Part shown: positions 41,301-51,328 of the stretch, piece by piece
How the letters are laid out: every line of letters begins with the position of its first letter
Position numbering within the stretch: the stretch's first letter is position 1
Origin: an uncultured Acidobacteriota bacterium
GTDB taxonomy: Bacteria; Acidobacteriota; Vicinamibacteria; Vicinamibacterales; CAVVIG01
Length of the DNA stretch: 64,000 bases
Direction: 5' to 3'
NCBI GenBank assembly: GCA_963792785.1
Contig: CAWBXO010000001.1
Coordinates: forward strand, 1,082,215-1,146,214
Program-made: the position numbers and the translations under genes
Notes under the pieces: generated by a model
Told to the model about the DNA's origin: nothing
Databases searched by the model: none
What the model saw: the letters and a program-made list of their open reading frames with translations, nothing else

Positions 41301-41375
41301 CCAGACGGACGCGCACATGAATGCCGCCAGAATGACGCCGAATGCCCTTCGACCTTTCAGCCGACTGCCGTTCAC
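38340..41375 (-). CDS. Oar-like TonB-dependent receptor (CarboxypepD_reg + plug + beta-barrel), copy 1, intact
   Basis: 1011 aa. GTG 41375 follows GAGGAGG. Signal peptide, then GVVRDNDNLAIPGVTVEA...GRYNIVDLRPGSYTVTFTLPGF (carboxypeptidase-regulatory-like fold). Terminal ...ASLEF aromatic beta-signal. Confidence 0.9.
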   Translation of the reverse strand: MNGSRLKGRRAFGVILAAFMCASVWTGSAAAQQASAIAGVVRDNDNLAIPGVTVEAASPALIEKVRTAVTGPQGRYNIVDLRPGSYTVTFTLPGFSTVRREGIVLGSGFTASVNVTMTVGALEETITVTGAAPVVDTQTVRQQSTLSTSQLEDLPSGSVGLQTLAYVTPGFATTQSDVGGSRDTWSAQGAYTFYHGKTGTRASFDGFRNQYFIGAASGVGYITDSGNIQELQLETTGMGAESGSGSTSLNAIPKSGSNTFHGSVDGYFSNGAMQGSNIDDALRAFGIDTAGTVKNIFRLGGQSGGPIVHDRLWYFAAVARWGSRVNQPGAYFNPLQGKSGNPNTATLFYPGQPGTPFADQAALYATGKPAASFDWYRNHSGRLTWQATNSQRINFYADIQKSCRCTTGPFTGANAIESERGWDWYPSGVVQGTWTMPVTNRLLLEAGLSWQTANWVNFAETGVTRDDRSILELATGYRYGAASTLTAPIARTGRSAQRFSLSYVTGTHNIKVGISDEQGFNDEGRDNNNKDGLSYDFLNGKPARIQYKALPFFQQERQNHEIGIFGQDAWTIQRMTLNLGLRFDYVTMGFPSADLPAGPYVPARHVDALSGVPDWKDVNPRLGVAYDVFGNGRTAIKFSMGRFNQLSRSDLTRRFHPFSSSVSSANRNWNDANGDYIPDCDLANFSANGECGAMSSAFFGQFIPSATIFDPSVTDGNRDFLWDYNLEVDHEVVHGLAVNVAYNHNADGSFIVTENTLYGPEAFDEFCITVPNDSRLPNAGQEQCGYYDIKPALYGKGQSRVTNAKEFGKQKRYWDGFTFGAEGRLPRGISLGGGLDIGRQVDDHCYTVDIPNQPAGITGSQLPGGPFCRVVTSWANLADFRVRGSVPVKGGVTASFIYRNTPGSTNDAIMTVRSSDVRFKDPSRTTLNTAQSVYLYAPNSIFGARFQQLDLSVNKSLNISGWARMRVAFDVYNALNSNSIQSTSSSYGSRFLYPSSFLAARLARITASLEF

Positions 41376-41487
41376 AGGCTCCTCCTCAAATGTAGAACTT
41401 CACGCCCGTGCAAAGTTTGCAATGCGCTCCGTTTTCAAATGTTTCCGCACTGTAAGTAATTCATTACGATTAGGTCAAGGAGTGGTC

Positions 41488-41504
41488 TGTCGCGAGATGT
41501 CGCA
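41488..41504. promoter_or_regulatory. TGTCGCG-N3-TGTCGCA direct-repeat operator candidate (OMP copy 1 / CRTAC1 divergent region)
   Basis: tgtcgcgagatgtcgca lies 113-129 bp upstream of GTG 41375 (-) and 53-69 bp upstream of ATG 41557 (+). Confidence 0.5.
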
Positions 41505-41556
41505 CGTGCCGGCAACCCGGCCGGGAAGTGGGTAATCCTGGATCCAGACCCATGCC

Positions 41557-43302
41557 ATGGATTCCAGGCCGCCAATCGTGCCAGTATGCGGCGTGGCGAC
41601 CGGGTCCCCGCTCCGCGCCCTGGTATTGACGGCCTGCCTGGCTGGCGTGGCGACTCTGATGGCCGAGCCGGGGCCAGCGGCCCCGACGTTCACCCAAGTC
41701 GGTCGCCAGGCCGGTATCCGCTACGAACAGCACAACGGGGCGGCGGGCCGCTACTGGTACCCGGAGCTCTTCGGGGGCGGCGTCGCCGTCCTCGACATTG
41801 ACGGCGACCGGCGGCCGGACCTGCTCTTCGTCGATGGCCGGGACTGGGAGCCAGGGGGACGCCCCGCCAGGCACACCCTCTACCGGAACAACGGCGACGG
41901 GACGTTCTCGGACGTCTCGAAGGGCAGCGGCTTCGACACCGCCAACGTCTACGGCCTCGGCGCGACCGTGGCCGATTACGACAACGACGGGAGGGATGAC
42001 GTCTTCATGACCACGGTGGACGGCGGCCGCCTGTTCCACAACGAAGGCGGCGGCCGGTTTGCCGACGTGACCGGCCCCGCCGGCATCCACAACACCGGGT
42101 TTGCCGTGAGCGCGGCGTGGCTCGACTACGACCGCGACGGCCTGGCCGACCTCTTCGTCGGCAACTACGTCCAGTGGTCGCCCGACGCCGAGGTCCGCTG
42201 CGCCCTCGGCGGCGTGCAGGGGTACTGTGGGCCCGACTCCTACAAGCCGGTGGCGCCCAAACTCTACCGGAACCTGGGGGCGGGCCACTTCGCGGACGCC
42301 ACCGCGGCGGCCGGCCTCGACTCACCCACCGATAAAGCCATGGGCGTGGCCGTCTTCGACTACAACGGCGACGGGTGGCCTGACCTCTTCATCGGCAGCG
42401 ATCGCGTCCCGGCGAAGCTGTACCGCAACGACACGCGGGGCCATTTCGTCGAGGAGGGCGTGCGGGCCGGCGTCGCCCTGAGCGAAAACGGCGCGGCGCG
42501 AGCCAACATGGGCGTCGATGCCGCCGACTACGATCGGTCGGGGCGTCCGCACCTGCTGGTCGGGAACTTCATCAACGAGATGCTCGGCCTCTACCACAAC
42601 GAGAACGGCCGGACGTTCGTCGACGTCGCGCCGCGATCGACAGTCGGCCGGTCCAGCCTCCTGTCGGTGACATGGGCCGCGTTCTTCCTCGACTACGACC
42701 TGGACGGCTGGCCCGACATCTTCGCGGCCAACGGCGGCACCGACGAGTCTCAGGTGCGCGACGCGAGGGCCCGGGTCGCCATGCCCCCGCTCCTGCTCCG
42801 CAACCGTCAGGACGGCACGTTCGAGGACGTGACCCGGACGCTCGGGGCGGCCTTCAACACGCCGATCATGGGGCGCGGCGCCGCCTACCTCGACTTCGAC
42901 GGCGACGGCGACCTGGACATCGCGATCACGACGCTGGGAGGCCCGGCGTACCTCTTCCGCAACGACGGCGGCAACCGCCGCCACTGGCTGCGGGTCGCAG
43001 CCGTCGGGGCCCGCTCCAACCGGAGCGCGCTCGGCGCCGTCGTGCGCGTGACGAGCGCGTCGGGGACGCAGTGGCAGGCGGTGCACAGCGGGTCGAGTTA
43101 TGCGTCGCAGAGCGAGCTCGCGCTCACCTTCGGGCTCGGAGACGACGCGCGCGTGACGAAGCTCGAGGTCGCCTGGCCGTCGGGCGCGGCCCAGACGTTC
43201 ACGGACCTCGCCGCCGATCGGACGCTCACGATCGACGAGACCCGCGGCCTCGTCAGCGGCCGCTCGCCGTCCGCGACTGGTGCAGGAGCTCCTCCTCGAT
43301 GA
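41557..43302 (+). CDS. CRTAC1 family (FG-GAP + ASPIC-UnbV) protein
   Basis: 581-aa ORF with repeated FG-GAP/VCBS units and a UnbV-ASPIC tail (NRSALGAVVRV ... GSSYASQSE ... FGLG ... VAWPSG). The start may be slightly downstream. Confidence 0.9.
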   Translation: MDSRPPIVPVCGVATGSPLRALVLTACLAGVATLMAEPGPAAPTFTQVGRQAGIRYEQHNGAAGRYWYPELFGGGVAVLDIDGDRRPDLLFVDGRDWEPGGRPARHTLYRNNGDGTFSDVSKGSGFDTANVYGLGATVADYDNDGRDDVFMTTVDGGRLFHNEGGGRFADVTGPAGIHNTGFAVSAAWLDYDRDGLADLFVGNYVQWSPDAEVRCALGGVQGYCGPDSYKPVAPKLYRNLGAGHFADATAAAGLDSPTDKAMGVAVFDYNGDGWPDLFIGSDRVPAKLYRNDTRGHFVEEGVRAGVALSENGAARANMGVDAADYDRSGRPHLLVGNFINEMLGLYHNENGRTFVDVAPRSTVGRSSLLSVTWAAFFLDYDLDGWPDIFAANGGTDESQVRDARARVAMPPLLLRNRQDGTFEDVTRTLGAAFNTPIMGRGAAYLDFDGDGDLDIAITTLGGPAYLFRNDGGNRRHWLRVAAVGARSNRSALGAVVRVTSASGTQWQAVHSGSSYASQSELALTFGLGDDARVTKLEVAWPSGAAQTFTDLAADRTLTIDETRGLVSGRSPSATGAGAPPR

Positions 43303-44644
43303 GGCGCGTGAAGAACTCGAACGGGGGCAGGAACGGCGGCGCGTCAGGCGCGAGTACGCCGTTCACGAGGAAGCTCGGGCTGGATCTGACGGCGTATCGC
43401 TTGGCTTCCTCCAGCGCCTGACGGGCGAGATCCCGATACGTGCCGCCGTCGAGGCACGCGTCGAACGCCGCCTGATCGAGGCCCACGGCGCCGGCCACGT
43501 GTTTCAGCTGGGTCGACCCGAACGGGCCCGGTTCACCGAGCAACTTGTCGTGATACTCCCAGAAGCGCCCCTGGGCCTGCGCGCAGGCGGCGGCCTGAGC
43601 GGCCGTGGCCGAATCGGGGCCCAGGACGGGCAGCGGCTTGAACACGATGCGCACGCGGTCGCCATAGTTTTCGCGCACGCGCGGGAACGCCTCCGCGAAC
43701 CGCGCGTACTCGGCGCTCTGGAAGTCGCCGAACGCGACGATCTGCACCGCCGCCGTGGCCGGCCCGAGCGTGGCGTCGCGAGGCGAGGCCTCCACGGTCA
43801 CGCGCGGCGCCGACAGCAGCACGTCGGCGCGCGTCGAGACCTTCATCAGTTCCTCGACGTAGTTCATCCTCGCCAGTTCGGGCTCCGTCCGCGTCGACAG
43901 CCAGGCGCGCAGCGCCGGGCGCATCTGCTCGAGGCTGGCGCCGCGCGTCAAATCGCCGAGGCTCTGGTACAGCGACAGGGCCGCCTGGTCCGGCAGCGGG
44001 ATCACCCGCTTGGGGATCTCCTCGGCGAGCAGCGCCTCCTTCGTCGTCTTTCGCGCGGCCGCTTCCCGCGCGATCAGCTCGTCGGCCACCATCTGATCGA
44101 GTACCCGCCGCCGGCTGTCGTAGAGATCGCGCGTGAGGCCGACATAGCCGCCCGGATCGGTGCGACGCCACTCGGCATCGACCTCCCCCACGGTAATCAC
44201 CCGGTCGCCGACCTTGGCCGCCGGATCCGACGCGGACGGCGGGCCGACGGTGGTCCCGGACGCCGCCGCCGACGCGGCGGGAGCGGCCGGCGCCGCGGGG
44301 CCGATCCGGAACGCCAGCGAAGCGCTCTCGCCGGCGCCGAGGCCGAAGCTGACCGTGAGGAGGTACTCGTCGGGAGGCATCTCGCCAATCGGCGCGACCG
44401 CGACAATGCGCGCGTCGGTCGCCGCCTGCACGTTGAGCGGGATCAGGTTCAGCGTCACGAAGGGACGCGACGCCCTGAAGTGCTCGCCCGAGATCGTCAG
44501 CGTGCCCGCGTCGGCGTCGGGCACAGCCGACGCCACGGTCACCGGATTCACGGGCTGCTGTCCGGCCGCGCTCGACGCGCCGCCGACCGCCACGCCCAGG
44601 GCAACCGCCGTCCACACCGCGCGCGACACCGTCCGCCTCGTCAT
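43253..44644 (-). CDS. DsbA-fold thioredoxin-like protein lacking the CxxC motif, with N-terminal IPT/TIG-like and SurA-N-like regions
   Basis: ATG 44644 follows GGGAGGAGGG. 463 aa. The DsbA-family block reads VAFGDFQSAEYARF where FxDFxCPxCxxF is expected. Its 3' end overlaps 41557..43302 by 50 nt. Confidence 0.8.
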   Translation of the reverse strand: MTRRTVSRAVWTAVALGVAVGGASSAAGQQPVNPVTVASAVPDADAGTLTISGEHFRASRPFVTLNLIPLNVQAATDARIVAVAPIGEMPPDEYLLTVSFGLGAGESASLAFRIGPAAPAAPAASAAASGTTVGPPSASDPAAKVGDRVITVGEVDAEWRRTDPGGYVGLTRDLYDSRRRVLDQMVADELIAREAAARKTTKEALLAEEIPKRVIPLPDQAALSLYQSLGDLTRGASLEQMRPALRAWLSTRTEPELARMNYVEELMKVSTRADVLLSAPRVTVEASPRDATLGPATAAVQIVAFGDFQSAEYARFAEAFPRVRENYGDRVRIVFKPLPVLGPDSATAAQAAACAQAQGRFWEYHDKLLGEPGPFGSTQLKHVAGAVGLDQAAFDACLDGGTYRDLARQALEEAKRYAVRSSPSFLVNGVLAPDAPPFLPPFEFFTRLIEEELLHQSRTASGR

Positions 44645-44664
44645 CCCGCCCTCCTCCCGAGCCC

Positions 44665-46308
44665 TCATGGAATCTCGCCTGCCGGCCACGGCGTCCGGCA
44701 GGGCCGCCCCTGCTCGTACAACGCCAGGTTGGCGGACAGCCGCGGCAGGACCGCGGTGAGGCCGGCGGCCCGGGCGCCCTGGATCAGGTCCTGCTGGACG
44801 CCGACGGCTTCGTCGTAGCGGCCCGACGCCGCCAACGCCATGGCCAGGGTCTCGCCCAGATCGGCCGTCCTCGACTCGGTCTTGAGCAGCTGGTTCATGA
44901 GCGCCAGCGCCGCCGGGCCGTCCCGCACACTGTCGTCGGGCGACGCGGCCAGCACGCGCGCCAAACCGTGCGTGAACATCGCCTGGTCGGGGTGCGCCTT
45001 CACGGCCGCGCGCAGCCGGTCGCGCGCCTCCGCGAAGCGCCCGAGCTGGACGTACGTCATGGCCTGGCCGAACAGCGCCTCGGCCTGGTTCCCGTCTCCG
45101 CGGAGCACCTCGGCGTACTGTGGCAGCGCGTCGGCCGGCCGGCCCACGTGCCGCAGGCTGACGGCCAGCCGCAGGCGGGCTTCCACGTAGCTCGGCCGGC
45201 TGGCGAGCGCCGCGGTGAACCGTGCGATCGCTTCGGCGTCGCGCCCCTGCTCCTGCAGCAGCACGCCCAGGCTGTACTGCGCCGGGAAATACGTGGAGTC
45301 GCTCCGGATCGCCGCGTCGAACTCCGCCTTCGCGGCCTCCTTGTCGTCCTTCATGTAAAGGGCGGTCGCGAGCCGGTGGTGCAGCGCCGCGCTGTCGGGC
45401 GCGAGTTGGAGCCCCTTGCGGAACAGCGCCGCGGCGTCGTCCCACTGGCGGTCGTCGAGCGCGCGAATGCCGCGCGACTCGTAGCTCTGCGGGCTCTCGA
45501 GCAGCTCGTCGAGATCGACCATCAGCGGATCGGCCGGCAGGATCTCGCGATTCTCGCGCAGCCGCAGGTGCGCCTCCGCCTTCTTCACGTCCCCGAGCCC
45601 GCGATACGCGAGCGCCAGCGGGTAGTGCGCGCCCGCCGCGGTCGGGTCGCGCGCGAGCACGTCCTCGAGGTCGGTCACGGCCTGCTGGTAGTCCTGCTTC
45701 GCCAGCGCGGTCCGCCCCAGGCCGAAGCGCGCCGAGAGCGAGGTGGGCTGCAGCGCCAGGGCCCGCTCGAAGCGGGGCCGGGCGGCGTCGGGCTGGCCGA
45801 GCGCGAGGTTCACGTCGCCGAGCCACACGAGCGTGGAGACGTCGTCGGGCTTCAGCCGCAGCGCCGTTTCGAACGAGGCTTCGGCCTGCGGGAGCTGCCC
45901 GCGATCACGGTACAGGTGCGCGAGGTAGTACGGCCACCGGTAATCGTCGGCCGCCAGCGACGCGGCGTTCAGGAAGCAGGGCTCCGCGGCGTCGGGATAA
46001 TCGGCGGCCATGAGCAGCTTCCCGAGCTCGCCGTACGCGTCGGCGAGGTCGCCGGCCGGCGCGGCGCGATCGGACGTCTTCCGTTCCAGCGCCGCCTGGC
46101 TGTCGCGGATCTGGGCCTGGACCGACGGCGTCATTTTGGAGAGGTCCGGCAGCGTGACCGCCTGGAGCCCGCGCGCGTCGGCCGCCGCGGCAGCAGGCCG
46201 ATCCGAGGCCGCGGGCGAGGACGACGGAGACGAGGATCCGCACCCGGCCACCGCCAGCGCGCAGGCGGCGAGCAGCGCGACGCCGGTCTGCGAGCGCGCC
46301 CGGCTCAT
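44665..46308 (-). CDS. TPR-repeat lipoprotein
   Basis: ATG 46308 overlaps the CRTAC1 stop (ATGA). Lipobox LAVAGC. 547 aa of TPR repeats. Confidence 0.85.
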   Translation of the reverse strand: MSRARSQTGVALLAACALAVAGCGSSSPSSSPAASDRPAAAAADARGLQAVTLPDLSKMTPSVQAQIRDSQAALERKTSDRAAPAGDLADAYGELGKLLMAADYPDAAEPCFLNAASLAADDYRWPYYLAHLYRDRGQLPQAEASFETALRLKPDDVSTLVWLGDVNLALGQPDAARPRFERALALQPTSLSARFGLGRTALAKQDYQQAVTDLEDVLARDPTAAGAHYPLALAYRGLGDVKKAEAHLRLRENREILPADPLMVDLDELLESPQSYESRGIRALDDRQWDDAAALFRKGLQLAPDSAALHHRLATALYMKDDKEAAKAEFDAAIRSDSTYFPAQYSLGVLLQEQGRDAEAIARFTAALASRPSYVEARLRLAVSLRHVGRPADALPQYAEVLRGDGNQAEALFGQAMTYVQLGRFAEARDRLRAAVKAHPDQAMFTHGLARVLAASPDDSVRDGPAALALMNQLLKTESRTADLGETLAMALAASGRYDEAVGVQQDLIQGARAAGLTAVLPRLSANLALYEQGRPCRTPWPAGEIP

Positions 46309-48089
46309 TGCCCGCTGCCCTGCGTCATCGTCGTCCACCGATCGACGGCGACGTTGGACCACTGCTCCGATCGTCCATCGGGCCATCGTACCTCGACCCC
46401 GACGGCCCCGGCCGACACGCCGAGCCCGACCAGCACGCGCGGATCGTTGGCCGACCCGTAGCTGCCGTCGGATCGCGCCCGCCTCAGGAGCCGCGACCCG
46501 TCAGCCCGCGTCACGCGGACCTCCGCGCCGAGCATGTCGCGCCCGGAAACCGCCGCCCCGCCAACAAGGCGGAGGCCGAGCCAGTGTTTCTCGCTGCCGA
46601 TCGTATTCAGCAGGAGCCGGACGTGACCGTTATCGTTGCCGACGACGACGTCGATGTCGCCGTCGTTGTCGATGTCGCCGAAGGCGGCGCCCCGCCCAGC
46701 CTCGGTCAGCCCGAAGACGGCGCCCGCCCGCTCGGTCACGTTTTCGAACGTCCCGTCGCCCCGGTTCCGCAGCAGCAGCTTCTTCTGGCCGTAGGGAAAC
46801 GGGTCGTGCTCGCCTTCGTTCTCGACGATCGGCCCGTTCACGGCCAGCAGGTCCAGCCAGCCGTCGTTGTCGTAGTCGAACCAGGTCGTGCCCCACCCGG
46901 TGTACGGCAGGCTCAGCGGGCCGAGGCCCGACGCGGCGCTGCCGTCCTGGAAGTTCCCGGTTCCGTCGTTCACGTAGAGGTTGAACCCCTGGCCCGTCAG
47001 CTCGGTCACCACGAGGTCGTCGTCGCCGTCGTTGTCGAAGTCGCCGGCGTCGGCGCCCATGCTGGCCTCGGCGTTCCCCTCGGCGGTGAGCGCGACACCC
47101 GCCAGCAGCCCCGTGTCCCGGAACGTGCCGTCGTGCTGGTTGATCCACAGCAGATCCGGCTCACCGTCGTTCGCCACGTAGATGTCGGGCCAGCCGTCGC
47201 GGTTGAAGTCGGCCGTCGCGACGCCCAGCGCGGGCCCGAACTTGCCTCCGACCAGCGCCGTGGCGCTCACGTCGACGAAACGCCCGTGTCCCACGTTCCG
47301 ATAGAGGCGATCGGGCCGGCCGCCGTAGATCTGCGGCGGGCAATAGTCGGGTACCCCGGCGCTGTTAGGGCACACCTGCTCGCGCTCCAGCCGGTAATTG
47401 ACGTTGTAGCCCACGTACAGATCGAGCCAGCCGTCGCGGTCGTAGTCCAGCAACGCCGCCGACACGGCGACGTCCGGATCGCTGCGCACGCCGCTCGCCG
47501 CCGACACGTCGGTGAAGGTCCCGTCGCCGTTGTTGTGAAACAGCTGGTTGGTGCCGTAGTTGGTGAGGAACAGATCGACGTACCCGTCGTTGTCCACGTC
47601 CCCGGTCGCGACTCCCAGGCCGAACTGCGTCGTCCGGATGCCGCTCGCCTCGGTCACGTCGGTGAAGTGCAGCGTGCGCGTCCCGTCGGGCGCGACGCTG
47701 AGGTCGTTGCGGAACAACCGGCCCGTGAGCCGCGCGGGGTCGCGTGGCGGGACGAGCGCCGACCCCGGGTCCTGGCCCGGTCCGATCATCTTCCCCTGCA
47801 CGAGGAAGACGTCGAGGTCGCCGTCGTTGTCGTAGTCGAAGAGCGCGACACCGGGCGGCAGGATCTCCGGATAGTAGAACTTGCCCGACGCGCCGTTGAA
47901 ATGGACGAAGTCGAGACCGGTGTCGGCGGCGCGATCCACGAACCAGTCGCCGGCGGCCGCCGCCTGAGCGTGGGCCGGCGGCGTCGCGGCCGCGCCGGCT
48001 CCGCCGGGCGCACCGCGCTCGCCCGTGCAGCTCGCGCAGAGCACGCATCCGATCCACACGGCCGCTCGCGCGAACCGCCCCGCCGTCAT
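46305..48089 (-). CDS. CRTAC1 family (FG-GAP + ASPIC-UnbV) protein
   Basis: 594-aa ORF with a signal peptide, FG-GAP repeats and a UnbV-ASPIC tail (GRDMLGAEVRV ... DGSYGSANDPRVLVGLG ... VRWPDG). Confidence 0.9.
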   Translation of the reverse strand: MTAGRFARAAVWIGCVLCASCTGERGAPGGAGAAATPPAHAQAAAAGDWFVDRAADTGLDFVHFNGASGKFYYPEILPPGVALFDYDNDGDLDVFLVQGKMIGPGQDPGSALVPPRDPARLTGRLFRNDLSVAPDGTRTLHFTDVTEASGIRTTQFGLGVATGDVDNDGYVDLFLTNYGTNQLFHNNGDGTFTDVSAASGVRSDPDVAVSAALLDYDRDGWLDLYVGYNVNYRLEREQVCPNSAGVPDYCPPQIYGGRPDRLYRNVGHGRFVDVSATALVGGKFGPALGVATADFNRDGWPDIYVANDGEPDLLWINQHDGTFRDTGLLAGVALTAEGNAEASMGADAGDFDNDGDDDLVVTELTGQGFNLYVNDGTGNFQDGSAASGLGPLSLPYTGWGTTWFDYDNDGWLDLLAVNGPIVENEGEHDPFPYGQKKLLLRNRGDGTFENVTERAGAVFGLTEAGRGAAFGDIDNDGDIDVVVGNDNGHVRLLLNTIGSEKHWLGLRLVGGAAVSGRDMLGAEVRVTRADGSRLLRRARSDGSYGSANDPRVLVGLGVSAGAVGVEVRWPDGRSEQWSNVAVDRWTTMTQGSGQ

Positions 48090-48200
48090 GATGGCTGCTG
48101 CCTCCCGCCTCGAGAACCATCATCGCCCTTTGGTCCCCGCGTGGGAACCCCCGGCGACGCCGGCGCGCCCGGGCGGCGCGGCGCGCGAAACTGTGCGATC

Positions 48201-49984
48201 ATGCCGGCATCCACCATGCGGTCCCTCGTCGGCCTGTGTCTGCTGGCCGTTCTCGCGGCGACCGGCGCCTGCGTTTCTGAACCGGGAGCTCCGGCCTCAC
48301 AGCAGGCATCCTCCCCTGGCGATCTCGCCGGCCCCCCGCCCGCCGCGAACGGCGAGTGGTTCACCGACCAGGCGGCCGCGGCCGGCCTCGACTTCACGCA
48401 CTTCAACGGCATGTCCGGGGAATTCTATCAACCGGAGATCATGGCGCCGGGCGTGGCCCTGTTCGACTACGACAACGACGGCGACCTCGACGTGTACCTC
48501 GTCCAGAGCGACATGCTCGGCGCCGGCACGCCGCTGCTGCCCCGGCCGCCGGGCCCGCCCGGAGCCCGGCTGTACCGGAACGACCTCAGCGTCGCGCCCG
48601 ACGGGACGCGGACGCTGCACTTCACCGACGTGACCGCGGGAAGCGGCCTCGAGGCGCCGGGGTACGGCATGGGCGTCGCGGCCGGCGACATCGACAACGA
48701 CGGCTGGGTCGATCTGTACGTGACCGGGTTCGGCCGCAACGCGATGTTCCACAACAACGGCGACGGCACGTTCACCGACGTGTCGGCGCGCAGCGGAACG
48801 GGCGACCGCGACTCGTGGGGCGTGCCCGCGACCTTCCTGGATTTCGATCGTGACGGCCGGCTCGATCTGTTCGTCGGTAATTACCTGAACTACAGCCTCC
48901 GCACCCACACGCCCTGCTTCGGCGCCTCGGGCGCGCCGGACTACTGCCGGCCCAGCGTGTACCGGCCGCAGCCGAACCGGCTGTACCACAACCTGGGCGA
49001 CGGGCGCTTCGCCGACGTTACCCTCGCGGCCGGCATGGGATTCCCCCTTCGGCCCCGCGCTCGGCGCGACCGCGGCCGACTTCAACGGCGACGGATGGGT
49101 CGACCTGTTCGTCGCCAACGACGAGCAGGAAAACCAGCTCTGGATCAACCAGCGCGACGGCACCTTCATCAACACCGCGCTGCTGGCGGGCGTCGCCCTC
49201 GGGCCCAACGGCGAGCGGAAAGCGGACATGGGCGTGGACGCCGGCGACTTCGACGACGACGGCGACGAGGATTCTGATCGTGACCGAGCTGGTCAACCAG
49301 GGCACCTCGCTGTACGTGAACGACGGCTCGGGCACATTCGAGGACCAGAGCGCGCGGCGCGGAATCCGCCGCCCGACGCTCGCCTACACGGGCTTCGGAA
49401 CCGCGTGGATCGACGTCGACAACGACGGCTGGCTGGACGTGCTCTCGGTCAACGGCGCGGTCAACCAGGACGTCAAGGACCTCCACCGCCAGGACGATCC
49501 CTTTCCGCTGGGACAGCGCAACGTGCTGCTGCGCAACCTGGGCGGGCGCTTCGACGACGTCACCGACCGGGCGGGCGCCGCGTTCATCCCGGTGGAAGCC
49601 AGCCGGGGCGCGGCGTTCGGCGACATCGACAACGACGGCGACACCGACGTCGTGGTGGCGAACGGCGCGGGACCGGTGCGCCTGCTCATCAATGAGGTCG
49701 GCAACCGCCACCACTGGATCGGGCTGCGATTCGTGAACGGCGCGGGCCACCTGATCGTCGGCGCGCGCGTGGAAGTCATCCAGCCGAACGGGACCGTGCG
49801 CTGGCGGCGCTCGCGAGCCGACGGCAGCTACGCCTCGGCGAACGATCCGCGCGTCCTCGTCGGTCTCGGTTCCTCGGAGGAGAGACCGCGCGTCCGCGTG
49901 ATCTGGCCGAACGGCCGCACCGAGGAGTGGGCCGACGTCGCCATCGACCGGTACACCACGCTGACTGAGGGCACCGGCCGATGA
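48201..49984 (+). pseudogene. CRTAC1 family protein, two +1 frameshifts (C5 run 49043-49047; ggaTTctg at 49272-49273)
   Basis: ATG 48201 (MPASTMRSLVGLCLLAVLAATGAC). Three successive frames are collinear with the paralogue 46305..48089: the tail of ORF 46308..49277, the frame of 49228.., and 49280..49984. Confidence 0.85.
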
Positions 49985-51292
49985 GACACGCCGGGCTCGC
50001 GGTGTTGATCGCGGCATCGGCTGTCGTCGCCGGCTGCCGCGCGAACACGCGAGACGCCCCCTCGCCCGCGGCCACGTCCTCGCCGGACGTCGCGAGCCTG
50101 CCGCCCGTCACGCTGCCGGACGTGTCGGCGCTGGCGCAGTCGGTCCAACGCCAGGTGCGCGGGCAGGACGACCGCCTGAAGGAGGCCCTCGGCGACCCGA
50201 GCGCATCGAGCGCCCGGCGAGCCGCCGCCTACGCCGACCTCGGACGCGTGCTGCTGGCGGCCGCATTCAGCGACGAAGCCGTCACCTGCTTCCGGCACGC
50301 GGCCGACCTCGAGCCCGGCGACATGCGCTGGCCGTACTACCTCGGCCACGCCTACCTCCGGTCGGGAGACCGCGCCCGCGCGGCGGAGGCGTTCGAGCGC
50401 GCGCGGACGCTGGCGCCCGGCGACGTCCCCACGCTGGTCTGGCTCGGCGAGACGTATCTCGACGACGGGCGGCCCGACGCCGCCAAGGCGGCCTTCCAGG
50501 CGGCCGTGGCGCTGCAGCCCAGGTCGGCCGCCGCCCTGTTCGGCGCCGGACGCGCCGCCCTGGCGCAGCAGGCCTACGCCGAGGCCGTCGACGACTTCGA
50601 GCGCGCGCTGGCCGCGGACCACGCGGCGTCGGCCATCCACTATCCCCTCGCGATGGCGTACCGCGCGCTGGGAGACCGGCAGAAGGCGGAGGCGCAGTTG
50701 AAGCTGCGGGGCGGTACGTTCCCCGATCTTCCCGATCCGCTCCTGCCGCAGGACGACGAGATCCTCGACAGCGCGGTCGCCTATGAGGATCGCGGACGCC
50801 AGGCCCTCGGACGGTCCGACTGGACGGGGGCGGAAGCCGCATTTCGGCAGGGCCTCGCGCTCGCGCCCGACGATGCCACGCTGCGGGTACTGGCTCGGCG
50901 TCACGTTATACGCGTCGGGCGACACCGCCGGCGCCGAACGGGAGTTCGTCGCCGTCATCCGGCAGTCGCCCGGTTTCGCGAACGCCCATTTCAGCCTCGG
51001 GGCCCTCTACGAGGCGCGCGGCCGGCGCTCCGAGGCGATCGACCAGTACCGTGCCGCCGTGGCCGGCGATGCGGCCCTTCCGGACGCGCGACTGCGCCTC
51101 GCCGATCTGCTGAGCGTCGAGAACCGCTGGGAGGACGCGCTGGCGCAGTACGACGCCGCGGTCAAGCTCGACCCTGGCTCCGTCCCCGGGTGGACGGGCG
51201 GCGCGCGGGCGCTGCGCGCACTCGGACGCGCCGCCGAGGCGGACACCTGGACGGCCCAGGCGAGCCGCCTTCGCCAGGGCCAGGGCCGCTGA
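49981..51292 (+). pseudogene. TPR-repeat lipoprotein, +1 frameshift in the GGG run at 50885-50887
   Basis: ATG 49981 overlaps the CRTAC1 stop (ATGA). Lipobox VVAGC. ORF 49981.. reads well up to ...LALAPDDATLR, and ORF 50783..51292 reads well from YWLGVTLYASGD... . Paralogue of 44665..46308. Confidence 0.8.
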
Positions 51293-51328
51293 GCCGGCCC
51301 TCCGTGAGCCGGCCGCGAAGGCGGGCGT

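Noticed and set aside
43253-43302. 50-nt convergent overlap of CRTAC1 41557..43302 and the DsbA-like gene, considered as an antisense regulatory feature
   Set aside because: The last ~15 codons of the CRTAC1 ORF (..GRSPSATGAGAPPR) extend beyond the conserved family C-terminus. They may simply be unconstrained read-through to the first stop codon. There is no independent evidence of regulation.
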